Positions 11,668-26,125 of a stretch of 64,000 nucleotides of DNA are shown here, one piece after another. Source of the stretch: Tubulanus polymorphus (taxonomy: Eukaryota > Animalia > Nemertea). The notes below the pieces were generated by a model. It saw only the letters and a list, made by a program, of their open reading frames with translations. It did no database searches and had not been told where the DNA came from. A program made the translations under genes and the position numbers. Position 1 is the first letter of the stretch, and each line of letters begins with the position of its first letter. The stretch spans positions 5,498,778 to 5,562,777 of the forward strand of contig NC_134030.1 in assembly GCF_964204645.1 (NCBI RefSeq), given 5' to 3'.

Positions 11668-14600
11668 AAAATGTAGAAATTCGACGAAACATTTTTCTTT
11701 TTTGCTGATATACAACTGTCACATCGGGAAACCGCTTAGTGTGGTTTCTTATTCTTTGCTTGGTGGTATACAAAGATTTTTTGGTTTTCGGAAAAACTTT
11801 CTTCCTAATTTTCACGTTCCTCAACTAAACGACGTTATGTAATCATTATGATAATGATGTTGATGTTAATTTCTACATAGCGCCATTCTCTTTGCAGACT
11901 CGCCTAGCTATGCTTTACGTATGACCAACAACGGATTACAATATGAAGCGAAATTTTCTAAAATCGTTCATTTATGTTACTCATACTTGAGAATATTGGT
12001 ATTCATTATTTTTTCGAATAGAAAATGTAGTTGAGTTATAAGTTCTACGTTCTAGAAAATGAATTTAACTTGTTATCATAGTTTTCAGCGGCGTATCTGG
12101 AAAATATTCTTTATCCAATATTAAATTACTGAGAATGAAATCATGTCGATGAATTCTTGTCATCAAAAACATTCGTTTACATATATATGAGTGTACTGGC
12201 AATATTTTGTCTTTTGATTTAATTCCAATAATTCACGATACCGTTTCGTGAATAAAATACGAATTTGATAATTAATTATTTCGAAAATGATTTCTAAGCT
12301 CATTTCGTGCAGTATCCTCGTACAATGACGCAATCGGTTAGAAGTTTATTCGTCGAATTATTCGCCACGACATCGAGAATTAGAACTCGATTCGCGAGAA
12401 TGACTGCGGGGACAGAGTTCTGTCAATCGAAATCAAGACGGATAGTTATTCTATCGTTGTTTGACGTCTGATTTTCCGTGCGATAAAAGCAAGATAAAAC
12501 CGATGTAACGCAGTGGTTCCGGCTGATTAAAATATGCACTCCAAACTGTTACATGAAATAAATCAACCTTCATTGTTTATTTCGCATATGAAAATGAATC
12601 TGGGCAGGATATTCAATAATTCATAACTATTAGGTTTTGAGAATTCGTAGCATGAAGTATACGCCATGAATATCGACTGATTTACCGTAGCTTATTAACT
12701 CGATAAAACTACGGAGTTTTTTCTGTCTGCCGAACGTTTCATATCGAATAAACGATGCACGCATGATACACCGATCGTTAAGAATAAAAATGAAAAAAAA
12801 CATAGAAAATAATTGAAACATAACTCACTGGAACGCTTTGATACGGCTCTCAATTGGAAAAACGGCAGTTGTAATATTCATAGTTATCTAGGTTGGTTTT
12901 CGCCCATATGGCGTATTCGAATGGTATGAAAATGAATTTCGAAGTACGCGTGGAAATTCGATTCGTATTTTGAAACGAATTTTCGTTCATTAAAAAACGC
13001 ACTGGAAAGCCATGTTCTAAAATACGAATTTCTGCTTTGTTTTTCTCGAAATTCTTCGGAAGTATCTTATCGTAATTCAACTTACCCCCAAAACGGGGTT
13101 TCATACGAAAAACATCATCAACTACCGAGTGAAAGAAAAATTACGTAGTAATATTTGACGGAGAACAAATTGTCCTTACCTCGTGCTCGTTTTAAAATTA
13201 TAATCTTATGAAATAGTCCACGTGTAAATTGTGTAGTATTTTCTAGGAGAAAATCATTGGCGAATGTAAACCGGGGCATTCACCGACAAACTCACGAATG
13301 AAACGGATTTCCCTTCAACAACCGAAAACGGAGACAAAATGTTTTTTGATAAATATGTTTTTGTTTTATGCGATAAATTTTACGAGCTTTATATTATCTT
13401 CTGTGTATTTGTGCGTGTTTGAGGGTTGGAGTCATTTATTTTCTTATATTGCCAGATGCAGCATTTCCGGTCGAATCGATTTATTTTCCGCGTTTTCCCG
13501 GGACGTTTTGGTGGTGGGCTCCGTCGGACGGGGTTCCGTCACAGGCTAATAGGCTAGACGGCCCTTTCAAGTTGCCGAATTCTGAGTTCACTGTCGGGTC
13601 TTTTCAAAGTAATTGCAGCCATAAAACCAGTCGGCGCCTTTGTAGTAACGAATTGACAGGGTCATCAACTGAGCATTATAAAAAGCATTTATCATCGAAG
13701 TCAAACTGGCTTATTTATCATTGAAACTAGGCTATAGTGTATAGCTCTATTCGCACCGTTGCCGAAAAGGACGTGGATCCTTCTCATAACAAACACAGAG
13801 AAAGTACGAATTGTTTGTGTTACTAAAATTGATAGTTTGAATGTGTATAAGTGGATTGTGTGCATAACTGTAAATTGGAAAAAAAGGAATGAGCGATTTC
13901 AATACGATGAGCCAGCCAGCGATGTGGTATAAAGCTAATAAGGAAACGAAGAATTAGGGAATCTCCAAATTTGCTCTACTGTTTAGGCCGTAAAACCTCG
14001 CTGCATTCACCGCAAATCTTTGAACCCAATGGTCAAAAACAAGCAGAAAGTTCACGAACTATAATCGTTTATAATTCTGGTGGTTTTATATTTGATGCAA
14101 AATAGAGTTTACACGAATGTCTTTGCAATAGCTTTCACAACTTTATCTTAGGTAAATCATTCGCATCGTAACAAAATTCATGCTTTTTTGTCGCCTGCCA
14201 AGCAAGATTTCATTTCCATCAGACGTGCTGATGTATACTGATGGGAGACATCGTGAGTCGTTAGTTGAGGTGTTTCATTTGTGTATCTTTTTGCCTGTAA
14301 AATGGTCGAATGTTCAGAGAAAGCCCAGTGACACGTAAAATCTCGGCAATAATGAGATGTATATGAAGTGTCTCTGAGCGGACATCAATTTGTCCTCGGC
14401 GCACGACAAGTTCTTAAATATTTCAGTAGATCGTGAATAGTGGTTATACCGTCTTTGACATGATGACCTTGCCTCAATTTATGACCGCTACATTGGGGAT
14501 TTTGTAGTCTTGCAGTCTGTATATCCTCGAATACTTCCGTTCAATACCCTATTCCGCCTGGGCGTAAGACTCTTATCTCAAAGTATTCGGGTCCCATTTA

Positions 14601-15316
14601 GTCCTTTTTCATTCTATGCAACATTTTATAGTGTAGAAATAAACATTCATGTAATTCAATTGTGATGTGCTTGCTTATTTTCTATCGTACATCATTGTAA
14701 AGAAGTAAGTAATAAACTACTGTATAATAGTATACTATCTATGCGGTAACCAGCGTTCGGAAGTCATTCATGTGGGTCCAGTATAAATCAAACTTCGAAA
14801 CTTTTGTCAATCGCCAAATTCTTCCACGGAAATGCCGCCAATACGCATGCGTAAACCGTCGAGCCGGTGCATCGAAATTTCCAGATAATCTGTCTTACTG
14901 TGACTGATCATGCAAAGTTGGCGCGAACCGGTTCGATTTTTAATTAAGATAAAATTGATCGGGTATAAGAATCGGCCGATTGAGTATGCGGTGGTGGCGG
15001 CGGTGCCTTTGATTGTCGTCAGATATACCGGAGGTTTTGGCTCGAGTGCCGCCGTATTAAGACGTCAAATATGGGGGGATTTGCAATGATGAATTTCTCC
15101 ATGTGAGATTACGTAGCTAATCAAACTTATACCGATAGTTTCATTTGCCGAGGAGAGAACGAACGCCGCTGGAAAAGTGATTGCCAGAATTTGCATACGG
15201 AATTCCTTAGCGAATATCCAAAATATCAATCGAACTTTTACGCTTTTTAAGTCAGTCCCTTCAAAGTTATGAATGATTTTATGTGTATCTACAATCTCCC
15301 GGTTCCATGGAGCTCA

Positions 15317-15439
15317 GGTTCCAATTCTACAAAATTCTACAGTTAATGAGTTAACTTTGAGGGCTCAAATTTGGTTGATTTTCAATGAGATGACTCATTT
15401 CTTGAGACAAATCTTAGCTCAGAACTTTGAACTGGGCCC
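15317..15439. mobile_element. MITE family B copy
   Basis: Ends GGTTCCAATTCTACA / TTGAACTGGGCCC; internal GAGTTAACT and ATTTTCAATG motifs are shared with the other copies. Confidence 0.6.
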
Positions 15440-17104
15440 CGGAGTTAAGAGAACCGCCGAAAGATTGAAGATTATTCAGAGATACCCAAGTTTCTGATCT
15501 CGCTCAAGAAAGTCGAGATTCCAACATTTGTCTTGAGTGGTTGATCGGTTTTGATCTTATGACTTTCCAGTGATGAATTGCCGGCTACGCGACCTTATTA
15601 CCACTAGAGCACGTCCATTGAATGGACACCCTCGGAAGCTCGGTCAGTTTTCGAAAACGAAAATCGATGAAATCCCGCGATGAAAGTTTTTCGCGAATTA
15701 TCTTATCCGTTATTACGGGTCGAATCCCGGTGACGCCAAACTATCTATCATGATATTAGTTGTTCGCTGAGTCCTTTGATCAGCGAAAACACTGCAACCC
15801 GGGATAATGAAGGTATGATAAATCGTGTCATTACAATCGATTAGCACTTCACCGTGCTGTTTCAAAGCTTTGATAAATATTGTGTAAACTTTCGCGGCCG
15901 CACCTCGTTCGAGAAAAAAAAAACGTCTACAAAGACTTCGCGAAAAAAGTCAGACCGCGGTGACCTTGAAAACTGGCGCACTGGAAAATGCAGTTTCGGC
16001 ATCAGATTTTGAGACGAAGATAAGCGGAATGCGAATAGATCAAACGCGGCAATATGGCTATACGTTCCGCTCGCATGGTTGGCTCCGAACGGGATTATTT
16101 CACGGTCGATCGGTTCGCGGGGAAATGAGATGGGATCCGATAAGTTCTGGTCAACGACTGGGGCCTGAACGATAGATACGGCCGTTAGCGAAAATGTCAA
16201 TATCTCGAAGAAAAGAGGAAATTAATAAAACTACAGATATCATTTATGCGAGCGAACAAAGAGATCGAAATGGCCGAGATTTTTGTCGAAGGCAGCCATA
16301 TTTTTCGGGAGAATTGATGTAATATCGAGCTTGCACATAAACAAAGCAACATTTATTTTCGGGTGAAAATAAATCTGTGTTGATTTCTGTCGATTTTATC
16401 AAAGCTGGTAAAAGACGCAACATTCGAAAACAGTTCCGCGTCTTCACCAACTGGCGGGGAATGGGTGCCGTCTCTTTTTTTCTTTTCTTCAAAATTCCAC
16501 TCGAATTTCTGTGTAAACCGTACCACTTATATTTCTAGCATAAATCTCGCGCATTTTAGCTCCATTCACGGCGATCTTTCACGTTTTTGTCGTGTCGAAT
16601 AGATCCGAAGGGGCTCGGTATTGTATCGTCTGGTTTCGGGACCGTTTCGCGTCGGTATTCATACTGTCACCATGATTTATACATCATTATTTAACGTCAG
16701 ATTACGACACAATTTAGATGATGTTTTTATGTTTAAAAGAGAACTACACAACCGCCGCAGGTATTCGTGCTATGATCAATATTCTTTCATTTCATTCCCG
16801 ATAATACTACGGCCAGTCAGAAATATCTGCGTTGTTTTGAATGCTATGCGACCGAAAACAACTACCGAACTATATCTCATCGGAAATCTGTTTTACCTTT
16901 GTCGCAATCGTATCATATCTCATCAGATCTGATTGAAGTAAAAGAGAATTGTTTAAATCCGATACCTGATACTTTACCGGCTAAAGCTTCGAAACGGGAA
17001 ACGGGTACTGAAGTTACTATGATAATCGCCTCTTCATAAGTTTACTTTGAATTTGTGGCACTCCCATTCCACTGACCACACTGCCAAGTTTCACTATCCA
17101 GATT

Positions 17105-17256
17105 GTTTACGAACTGTAATTAATCTTGTCTTGTACATAAGAAGTTTTTCCCAATTCATCATCAGATCGAGCAATCAAGGGTCCCCGCCTGCTCTATCGC
17201 ATATCGAAGTCATCATCGCTTCTTTTCAGGTCGCCAGATTCTGCCAGGTTTGAAAA
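17105..17256 (-). pseudogene. Possible degraded Ty3/gypsy pol fragment
   Basis: Minus-strand frame with stops reads ...PLIARSDDELGKTSYVQDKIN, resembling the F-x-x-x-D-x-x-LG-x-T-x-x-V-x-H-x-I motif just before gypsy RT. Short and unverified. Confidence 0.25.
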
Positions 17257-18799
17257 TGCAAGGAAAATACTAGAAATTCTATTATCTTTCGGTTCTGTCA
17301 TGTTCCAGAGTGACCAATTCAGCCTAATTCCCAATCTTGTCAAAATCTTACACGTCTTCATCATAGATTATCTCCAGAGTAAAATGATCGCGCATCACAC
17401 CTTGAAGTGTAAAGAATGACCCCGCTTGTTGAAGGTGAAATACGTACGTACTTTCCTTACAACACTAACCAATAATAAAACATGAAATCACTGGCTACTT
17501 TGTTTCACAAGGTCCCTTTCAACTAAAATAGATTGGACGGAGAAACCATATTCTCTTTGATTAGATGTTTAGAATACATAAGATTGAATTATACAGCTCA
17601 TGACAATTTGACTGTTATCTAAATTCGATTCTTTGCGTTATTTTTAAGTCGGATATCGACGCGTCATTAATTACGATTGTAATGGCACAATACGTCATTT
17701 TCGACTCAATTGCGGCAATTTGCTCTTTTAACGTTAATACTTTGAAAGTAACAACGCATGCAAGTTTTCTTTTTGTTAATTCTTGAAGGGAACAATGAAC
17801 GTCTACAAGATGGTTCCTGTCCCGATGGTGCCCGTTACTGAGCGCGCATATATCAGAGGCTAAGCGACAGAGGTAGACAAGCTGTTGGCGAAATGCTGCC
17901 AATCACAGCTGTACTGAAAACACGTTCATGCTTTTTTGTATTTCACACCGGTTTCATCTAATTTGTAAGTGATCCTTCCCGAGAACGCGGCTCGTACTGC
18001 GTATTCGAGCTCCGCTGAATTTTTGTGATTTTCTTTGGAATAACATCTAAAATCGATAACTGGGGAACTATTTCTACGCGTTATATGATGACGTAGTACC
18101 ATGACGTCACTGCCCGTCGCGATGGAGCTCTTTCGGGTCTATATTTACAGTACAGTTCCCAGGGATTATATTTTACGATAAAGTCATTTTTTCTGAATCA
18201 CGCAAGAAATGCCATTTCAATCATAAAGCGACCTTTTCTGGCAGTGCGCATCGAACCCGCAGATGCAACTCCGGAAAAGCGGCAAAAACACTTGTCAGAA
18301 GACGAATGCGCCGATAAAAAATTACTCTTTTACCGATGCGCGACTTCAAAGGAAAACGTGAAATGCCGACGCTATTGCTCGGGTGAAACATGCATATACA
18401 ACAAGACGGCGAACCCAATCAGATGCACGAGTTTTTCCCGTTGCCAGGCTGCGTTAGTTTTCTGAGTGATCGATGGCCAGTCTCACTAATCATCGCGATT
18501 CATTCCATTTAGACGCAGCGGCAAAAACCATCTTTCCTCGAGCGTTATTAGCATAAATAACTCGTCTTTCTTGCTCAGTGATTAATATATTGGGCATTGT
18601 GGCCTGAATGCAAAACCGTTTCTAGTATATACGCCGAATAGCCCGCCAAACTTTTAATCCGGTCCGTTGAAGCATCCCTAGCAGAGGGTCTTAATAGGTT
18701 TTTTGCAACCAATCCCACGAGACCTAGTTTAGAGTTTAAAGTAAACTAGAGTAAACTCATCGAATGCTTTCAAGTCGAACACAAATCTGAGAACCATTA

Positions 18800-18892
18800 C
18801 AGCAGAATGTGACTTGAATTCGTTTGTCTAACTTTGATTATCTAACTCGACCAAAAATCATTGGTCCCAAATAATTCGAGTTGATTCCACTG
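18800..18892. mobile_element. Internally deleted MITE, family A-like
   Basis: TA-CAGCAGAAT ... ATTCCACTG-TA termini with TA on both flanks; internal AACTCGA/TCGAGTT. Confidence 0.55.
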
Positions 18893-19209
18893 TAATATCA
18901 ACTCACAACCAGTGGAACTATACCCTGTTATTTCAAACCCTGACAGGATGCCTAATTGGAAAGTTTTTATTTACACTCCACAAATTCTATGATCATTATA
19001 CTTGATGATTAATCTATGCGATATGTAACATGTTGCTATCGATATGGATCGATATTGATGTCATTATTATTATTGATATCGAAAATGCGATAGGGATAGT
19101 CTACTAAACTTTTAATTTCTTTTTAAGATGATCCACATCTTCGCCATTGGCTTAGTCTACCAGAGAATAGAATTCGTTGCTAGTTTTGAGATTGTTGGGT
19201 GCTTGGCAA

Positions 19210-19621
19210 TTCAATCCAATCATTCTTTATTCAGATGCTTTAGGTTACAAAAACGTATCAGCAAATCATACCAATAAAAAAGTACAAAACAAACAATAAC
19301 AAGCATTGGCAAAAAACAGGTACAAGGAAAGACTAGAAATTGTTACTAGAATGAACAAGAGGGCTCCTATTGAAGTTGCCATAATTCTACAAATGGGGAA
19401 AAGTGATTAAAAAACTGGAATTCTTGAGATCCGTGGTTTATAAGAGTCAAATTGATAATGAAATACGGAATTCCCTCGAGATTTATGTCTGGTTTAAGAG
19501 TACCAAACATGGCGGGGATTCCATGCAATAACTGGTACCTGTACTGGAAACCCACCCCCTCCCTCCTTTCTAAAGATATGATTATTTCAGGGGTTTTGTT
19601 GGGTGTGGGGACGGAAACCAC
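19210..19621 (-). mobile_element. 5'-truncated LINE 3' end (Tx1/L1-like, tentative)
   Basis: Minus strand: ORF remnant (...MFG...IINLTLI...F..F...W) ends at a stop at 19367, followed by a T-rich UTR, AATAAA and a short GATTG/TTGAA-type tail. The segment is CpG-poor relative to its flanks. Confidence 0.4.
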
Positions 19622-22600
19622 TTCAACGTGTAGCTAAGATTCTGGCCTAGCAGCCATGAACTTAGATTCTTTCCGGAATTCTCATGGTTATATATTAACT
19701 TAACTCTCGTTCTCTTAACTCTTAGACCTTGGAATAGTGGGCTTAGCTATGTAATCAAGTTGACGACTGATTTCAATGAATGATTCAACTGACTTTGCAA
19801 CTTTCGTACCCCCCTGACCATACGACACTAAGACAAGGAGTCCAGAGTCCAGAAAATTTGAGATCGGATAATTACTTTGTAAATACCACTGTGGCTGTTG
19901 TGAGTTCCATATTCATTGATAATACACTCATTCACACACACACACACAGAGAAAATGTATCTTCGTTTTGTTCGCCTTTCGAAAAAAAACCCATCGGATT
20001 CATTTCTTCATTCGTCGTCGCTCGATGGATTTTAATCTCACCTAATTAATGGTAGCTCTTAATCGAAGCTCGTACACTTCACGCAATCTAGCAGCGGATT
20101 ACCTGCGCCTGAAATTCGCACTTAACCTGATCTTATGTAATCCCAGAGATTTTCAACTAAAGCAAATGGAGCCTTTTCGCCTCATAAATCCGCGTCGCCC
20201 GGTAATAGATCTGGCCCGTTTTGTCGGCACGAAATCATCGCCGCATTTTCGAGAACCCCGAAGCGTCAATTTACCACTAATTGACCCGGAATAAGATTTT
20301 TGCGCAACTTTCCCTCGGACCCATTTATCTTTGGCAAATTTGACGAGCTTTTTAAATTCTGATTTGATGATTCAGTGGCACATGCCAATTACGTGGTTGA
20401 TGTGTACTCGATCAGGCCCAGTTTGCGTTTAACCAATCTATACGAGTTCGAAAAAAGTTTCGTGACTTTTTGATGGGCGTGGGACTCCCCAGACAATAAG
20501 CTACTGGCATACAGCTAACTCGCTTGTGATAAGCCAGCTTGATAAGCACCACACCCGACTGGCCACCACAGTTATAGATGCTGGTGTCATTACATGTCAC
20601 AAACTGCTGTAACTATCGCTACTGCTTAAAGGTGTGTGATAATGTTCGAATCTTAAAGGGCTGATGTATTTTTCATCTGGTTCTACCTCGGGAGATGCTT
20701 TTTTCTGGTAAAAAAGATTCAATTTTTGGATTAATAAACTGCCCGGGCTGCGGGCCGAAGTTATCATCCTTTATTGCGTATTTCTGAATGTATCGGTTGA
20801 AACGCTGACCACAGGTGATCAGTGCTGGCGCGTGTGTGGGGAACATCTTCTCAACCGAAATTTCGCTTGCAGCTGCAACATTTATGAGCTAGACGTTATA
20901 TCAAGTTTTCCAACTGCTGCGAGTCGGTTCTGTTCACCACTTTCAGAATAGTTTAATGCGATGTTTGCGTGCCAACCGAAAGCTACACCGGCATCTTAAG
21001 ACACGCATCCAATTTCCTAATGGCGGCTACAAAACGGTTTTCCCTAGTTTTCATCTCGCTAAATAAAATACAAGGCTAGGTTATAGTATACACCACGTCA
21101 TCCGTGCATACTCTCCATAAAACATCGCTCTCTCTCTTCTTGTTACGTTACTCTCAGATAAGATGTATATACCTGGCTTTTGTTTTTACGATGGCATTTC
21201 CAGCATGCGAACTTGATTTACGAATTGCAAGTGTTTACCGCGGTGAAATCCTACGAATAGTGTTCTATGCAAATGACTTGAAGTTAAATTTAGAAAATAA
21301 TGAAGGAAATTGCGTTTTTGGGACCGAAATCCAGAAAAAAAGGCAAAATAGGGCTATTCAGGGCTATGGTAATTCCCGCCGATTTGTGTTATACGACTTA
21401 TTGCCGGATCTTTTTCAGTCAAGGGGAACTAAACACCTGCGTAGTGAGCGTCCTTTTTGAAGAAAAGAGGTTGTTCGACGTTGACTTTGACGAGGCGTCG
21501 AACGAATAGGTTTTTTTGTGTATATAATTCGGCTGTATAAGATCAGGTGTGTCTTGGCTGTTACTGGCAGCGCGTGAACTCCCTTGACCCCTGGCATTTG
21601 CATGCGCCATATTTGAACGCGATCCGAGCGATCGCCCGAAGACTTTGCGCCGGCGAAAAAACGCGGCCAAACGCTCAGCTCAGCGAGAGACGTATAGTGT
21701 GAAATCGTTTGTGACAAATCCATACTTCCACTAGTTCGACTCAGAAAAAAACGTGTTTTCGTCATCTCGTAGTTACGCGTTTACTTCGACGAGGAAATCC
21801 GACTCCCGACTTCATCTTGCGAATAGCAGCCGCCCTGCTGTGTGCGTAAGGTAAGTGGTCACAATATATCGTGTGTACTCACTTCGGTCATTAGAGGCCA
21901 TTTATTTTCTTGAGAGATCAAAGGCACCGCGGCTCGAAGGGCGGGTTTGTTGTCGATGATAAAACACCCGGACCAGCGGTCTGTCGACCTTATGAATTGC
22001 CCCTTTCTCATCGTCTCGCGATCATTTAATACCGATCGGCCATTCTTGTGCATCTTTCACTCATCCATCTACGGGATTAATTTTTCCATAAAATCTACAT
22101 TTTTCACATCATCTAACGATGCGCCGTTATTCCGGTGCGCTTTTTCGGTCCTTAGGTCTTTCAGGAATCGGTGTTCTGTGTATATGCGAGTTTTTACACA
22201 CATGCCTTCCATGTTATTATACTCGCAGCTTTTTGCTAGCAAGCTTCGTATATATACGCTCGTGTTAAATCCCGCGAGGGAAATAAAACACACATAATTT
22301 ATTGGTTTCATGGGGAGATAAATGTATTTCTATCTGCTACCCTAACAGCACAACAAAGCTCCGTTCTCTAATGGCGAACTGGTACATTTTTCATGTTGTC
22401 AAGTGCGGGATAACCCCGTCCGTTCATCGCTCTTCGAGCTCTTATATTTATCGGCACTTGAGTGTCCATTTATTTCAATCGGGTCGAGATAGACTTATTT
22501 TATGGTTTTGTACTTTAGCTATACGCGAAGATTGTTATTTATAATGCGGGGAAAACATGCTTCGGAATACGTGTATATTCTAGCTAGTTATTCTGAATCT

Positions 22601-24577
22601 GAACTTTACAGCTTGAAATATGTTGCGTAAAAACTGCTAAGATACATACATGCATAAACATAATAATTACTTTTCCTCGTCTGTGTTTTTACCTTTATAC
22701 TGTCTGGTGAATAATCTCTTGTTTTCTGTCTAACTCTCGCGTCAATTGCAGCCGTTACATGATATATTTTGAGAACGTATATGAAATATTCAGATGAACT
22801 GTGATTCGTCTCAACCGTAAAAAAAAACCGTGTACAAAATTATGAAACATACGATCATTTATCTTTATTGATCGATTGACGTAAATTTTTTTTATAGATG
22901 TTTGGTACTCGACAAGCGTGAGTATCGTCGGTTATTGCGAATATGCAGAATTCGATGTATCAATCTTGCGATTTGAATGGGATATAATTACTTTTTTTCG
23001 TTATCAAATTCACTCGACTACACTCGATAATTCGAAATCGTTGATTTCCTTCCGATAGATATACGACTATCGGAAACGAAGTTTTTAGAGTCCACGATGT
23101 AACACAGCCCAATGATAGGAAAAGTTCTACTATAAAAAAAGGAATTAAGTCGTAGTACATGAATGAAATAAAACGAAGGGTTAGATTAAAAATGATACCT
23201 TGTTTCTCGTTTCTGCTGAGCTCAAAAGTTGACACGGCCAACCGCTTACACCCTGTACATTACTTTTTTCAGAAATCATGATCAAGCTAATCAGACTCGG
23301 CAGTTTCTGAACTGATTACAAATTTTATTGTAGTTTACAAAATCACCCTGCCGATTAGGAGAAACAGCGTAACATTTCATTTTAGCCTCAGTAAACAATA
23401 CAACAACAAAATGATGCACATTGGAAGATACTCAAAGTCGCAGCGTCGTTTGTCGAAACTGATACGTCGATAGTTAGGTAAATATGCTAGCACGCAAATG
23501 GCCGCCATTGCCAGCCAAGCATGTAATCATTTTGTCTGCAGTAGTTGCAACCGGTAATAAAATATCCGATCCTGTAATTCGCGTTTCATAAATCGTTCTA
23601 TGTGATGATATACGAATTCCCTGAAGCAGCGCAACGTAGATGTTGTTTATATATACTAATTCAGAGTGGGTGAAAATTTAAAAAAAAAAAACGACCATTG
23701 AATTAGCTTGAAACGCAAGCTGTTGTAAAAATAAACGGCTTTCTAAATGAAAATCATCGCCCGTTGTCACGATATCGAACATTTTATATCGTTATTATGT
23801 CGATTTTATCAGCACGCCAAAATGGGTGGTTCGAACCCCGGATTATGATGATTTTGACGGCACGGAAAAATTGGATACTTGTAACGATAGTTTTTCATTC
23901 GTCTTAATTAATGGATATTAAAATCTTGTCGCGTATTTCGCCTTTTAAATTATGAAAAGATAACAAAATGAATAGGAAAGTTAGACAAGCGTTTTGCTTC
24001 AGTTTAATATTTCGTGACTCGAACGTCTCCTTGGTGATCAATTCCAGATATTGACCTTGGCTTCCGCTTTTGGTCCGTATTCCAATCAGCTCGAGACACA
24101 GAAAAACGCAGCTAATCAATCAGCAGTAATTGACAAGTGGACCCGGGGATTAAGGCCAAAAGGTGCCTTTCTTGTCAGCGTCGCTGTCGCATTTTCGCGA
24201 GCATCACATACATCTTCGTTGTCATGTCGTCGTCAAATCTGTTGCAAGGGACGCCCAATAGCCCCCAGAAACCGAAAAGAATATTTTTGCAATACCGCCT
24301 TGGCAATTCGTGTCGGAATGGGTATCTTGACAACTTGTACAAAACAAAGAGGCATCGAAGGAAACAGTAGTTAATGATTTTAATTGTTTTTTTTTTGCTT
24401 ATTGAAATGGAAGAAATTGAAGCAATAAGTTAGATTTTGTTTTGATATTATAGGTTCATACATAGAATGACAAAATAAGGACATTGAAATGTATGTCTCA
24501 AAGATATATCTCAATGATAATGCTGGGTTATGTGCCCTCGTGAAATAAATACAATTCGGAAATTTTTGCTTTGTATA

Positions 24578-24792
24578 CAGGGCCGTACATAGCAGAAATT
24601 TTGTAGTACCCTTTTTGCAAATATCATTGTTATATCCAATAGAAATCTAATGTAGAATCCTTCAATTGGGACTGACATGAATTTTGTCGTAGGCCTAACA
24701 GAGTTTTTGTTAGGGCATAATATGAGAAGAATCGTTATATCGGTTTTTGACTTTTTCTGGTTTCTCTGGACGAATGCTAGGGTACGTTACTG
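24578..24792. mobile_element. Degenerate TIR element
   Basis: CAGGGCCGTACATAGCA versus reverse complement CAGTAACGTACCCTAGCA; GTATA on both flanks. Confidence 0.35.
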
Positions 24793-26043
24793 GTATATGC
24801 CTTTCAAAAACCTTGGTTAAAAATTTAATTTCTTAGACAAGTTATCAGTTGCGTGCACGCAATATTGACACAGCTGTGGCCGAACGCGTGGTCCCAATTC
24901 ACTGCACAATTATTCTATACAAAATCTATTACATGAAATTACGAAAAAAAAAGATACTTGCTATTAATCATATGTAAATCCACCACTTAACATTCGGTAT
25001 ATCGAAATATATCGTGTATGTATATATGTCAACTGATAAATGGGACATACATCGCATCCATACCTAGTCCGTTCAAATAGAAATGACGATAATGTTGTTT
25101 TATCAACCCCCGTGAAATTGAAAACGCGGTAAAAATACTGTTGAAAAAACAGATTTTGTCAAGATAAAATGACAACTTGTTAAAATAGAGAAAAATGTTT
25201 TCAAGGTTAAGCCATCAAAACGTTTGCGATAAGGAATGATTTAAAGTTATTTCTGAATTTGGGCAAATTTAAATGAATCGATTCTATTGTCAGCTCGTCA
25301 AAAATGTTGTCTATTGGAGTTGGGTTGGCTTGCTCTCCATCCGCATAATACTGCTTCATGAGGGTTACTTGGGGGAATGCCGTTTGAATGTAAAATACCA
25401 CCATTAAGGCGACTAAATAAAACAATATGAAAAAGCACACAAAAAAGGTACGAACACAAAGGAAGAAAACTTATGATATTCATTAAATGTATTCAGTAGA
25501 TTAAAATAGGTTTTGTCGAGTATAAATGTATATACATTATTAGCATATCTCATATAGTCATCATTAGCGATATAGTTTACGGAATTAGGTTGATTTTTTC
25601 GAATATTTTGAATACATTCGGTCTATTGTTCGTTCAGCGCGCCGCCATTGCCGCTGTTTATGCATGCAGCAGACATCCCTCGCGGATGAATACCGCTACG
25701 GAGCCAATCGTTCGACATGCATGGAACCTGGTGACCTGACGGTTACACCCCGCGCTCGGCGTCGGTAAATCGCCGCAAAAATCGATTACGCTCGACCGCC
25801 GTACTTAGCACGATTCGAGCGTGTATTTACGCGTCACAAATAGCGTCTTCGAAACGGCCGTAAATTTGCAATCGACGACTAAAACGGTGTCCGGTATATT
25901 TTCGTAGAATTACGGACCGAGTTCCCTAGTAGCAAATCGATTCGATTCAACGTCAGCGACTCGGTTTCTATACATTAACACGTGTGCTAAAGGGTCGGCC
26001 ATCTTGTTGCCTCGAAATCCTGATAACATGTTGAGTCGTTAGA

Positions 26044-26125
26044 GCAGACCCGATATACCTGTAGAATCGAGCTTCTGTTTCTCTGATACACACAAACCCG
26101 GATCTACAGGGTACATCGAGCCGGC
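26044..26125 (-). ncRNA. mir-993: microRNA miR-993 (miR-10 family) precursor
   Basis: Minus strand: 5p UACCCUGUAGAUCCGGGUUUGUG (26113-26091), loop, 3p GAAGCUCGAUUCUACAGGUAUAU (26075-26053). The lower stem GCCGGCUCGAUG/UAUCGGGUCUGC has G-U pairs. Apical UGUG and a CNNC (CGAC, 26038-26035) are present. The hairpin is antisense to and upstream of Hox3, as known for miR-993. Confidence 0.95.

Noticed and set aside
13656-13662. miR-10-family seed matches ACAGGGT (also 30992)
   Set aside because: Not in any supported mRNA region, and the count is at chance level.
26044-26125. Calling the hairpin miR-10, or an iab-4/iab-8-style plus-strand miRNA
   Set aside because: The 3p arm, position and antisense orientation fit miR-993. 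On the plus strand several G-U pairs become A-C mismatches, weakening the fold.
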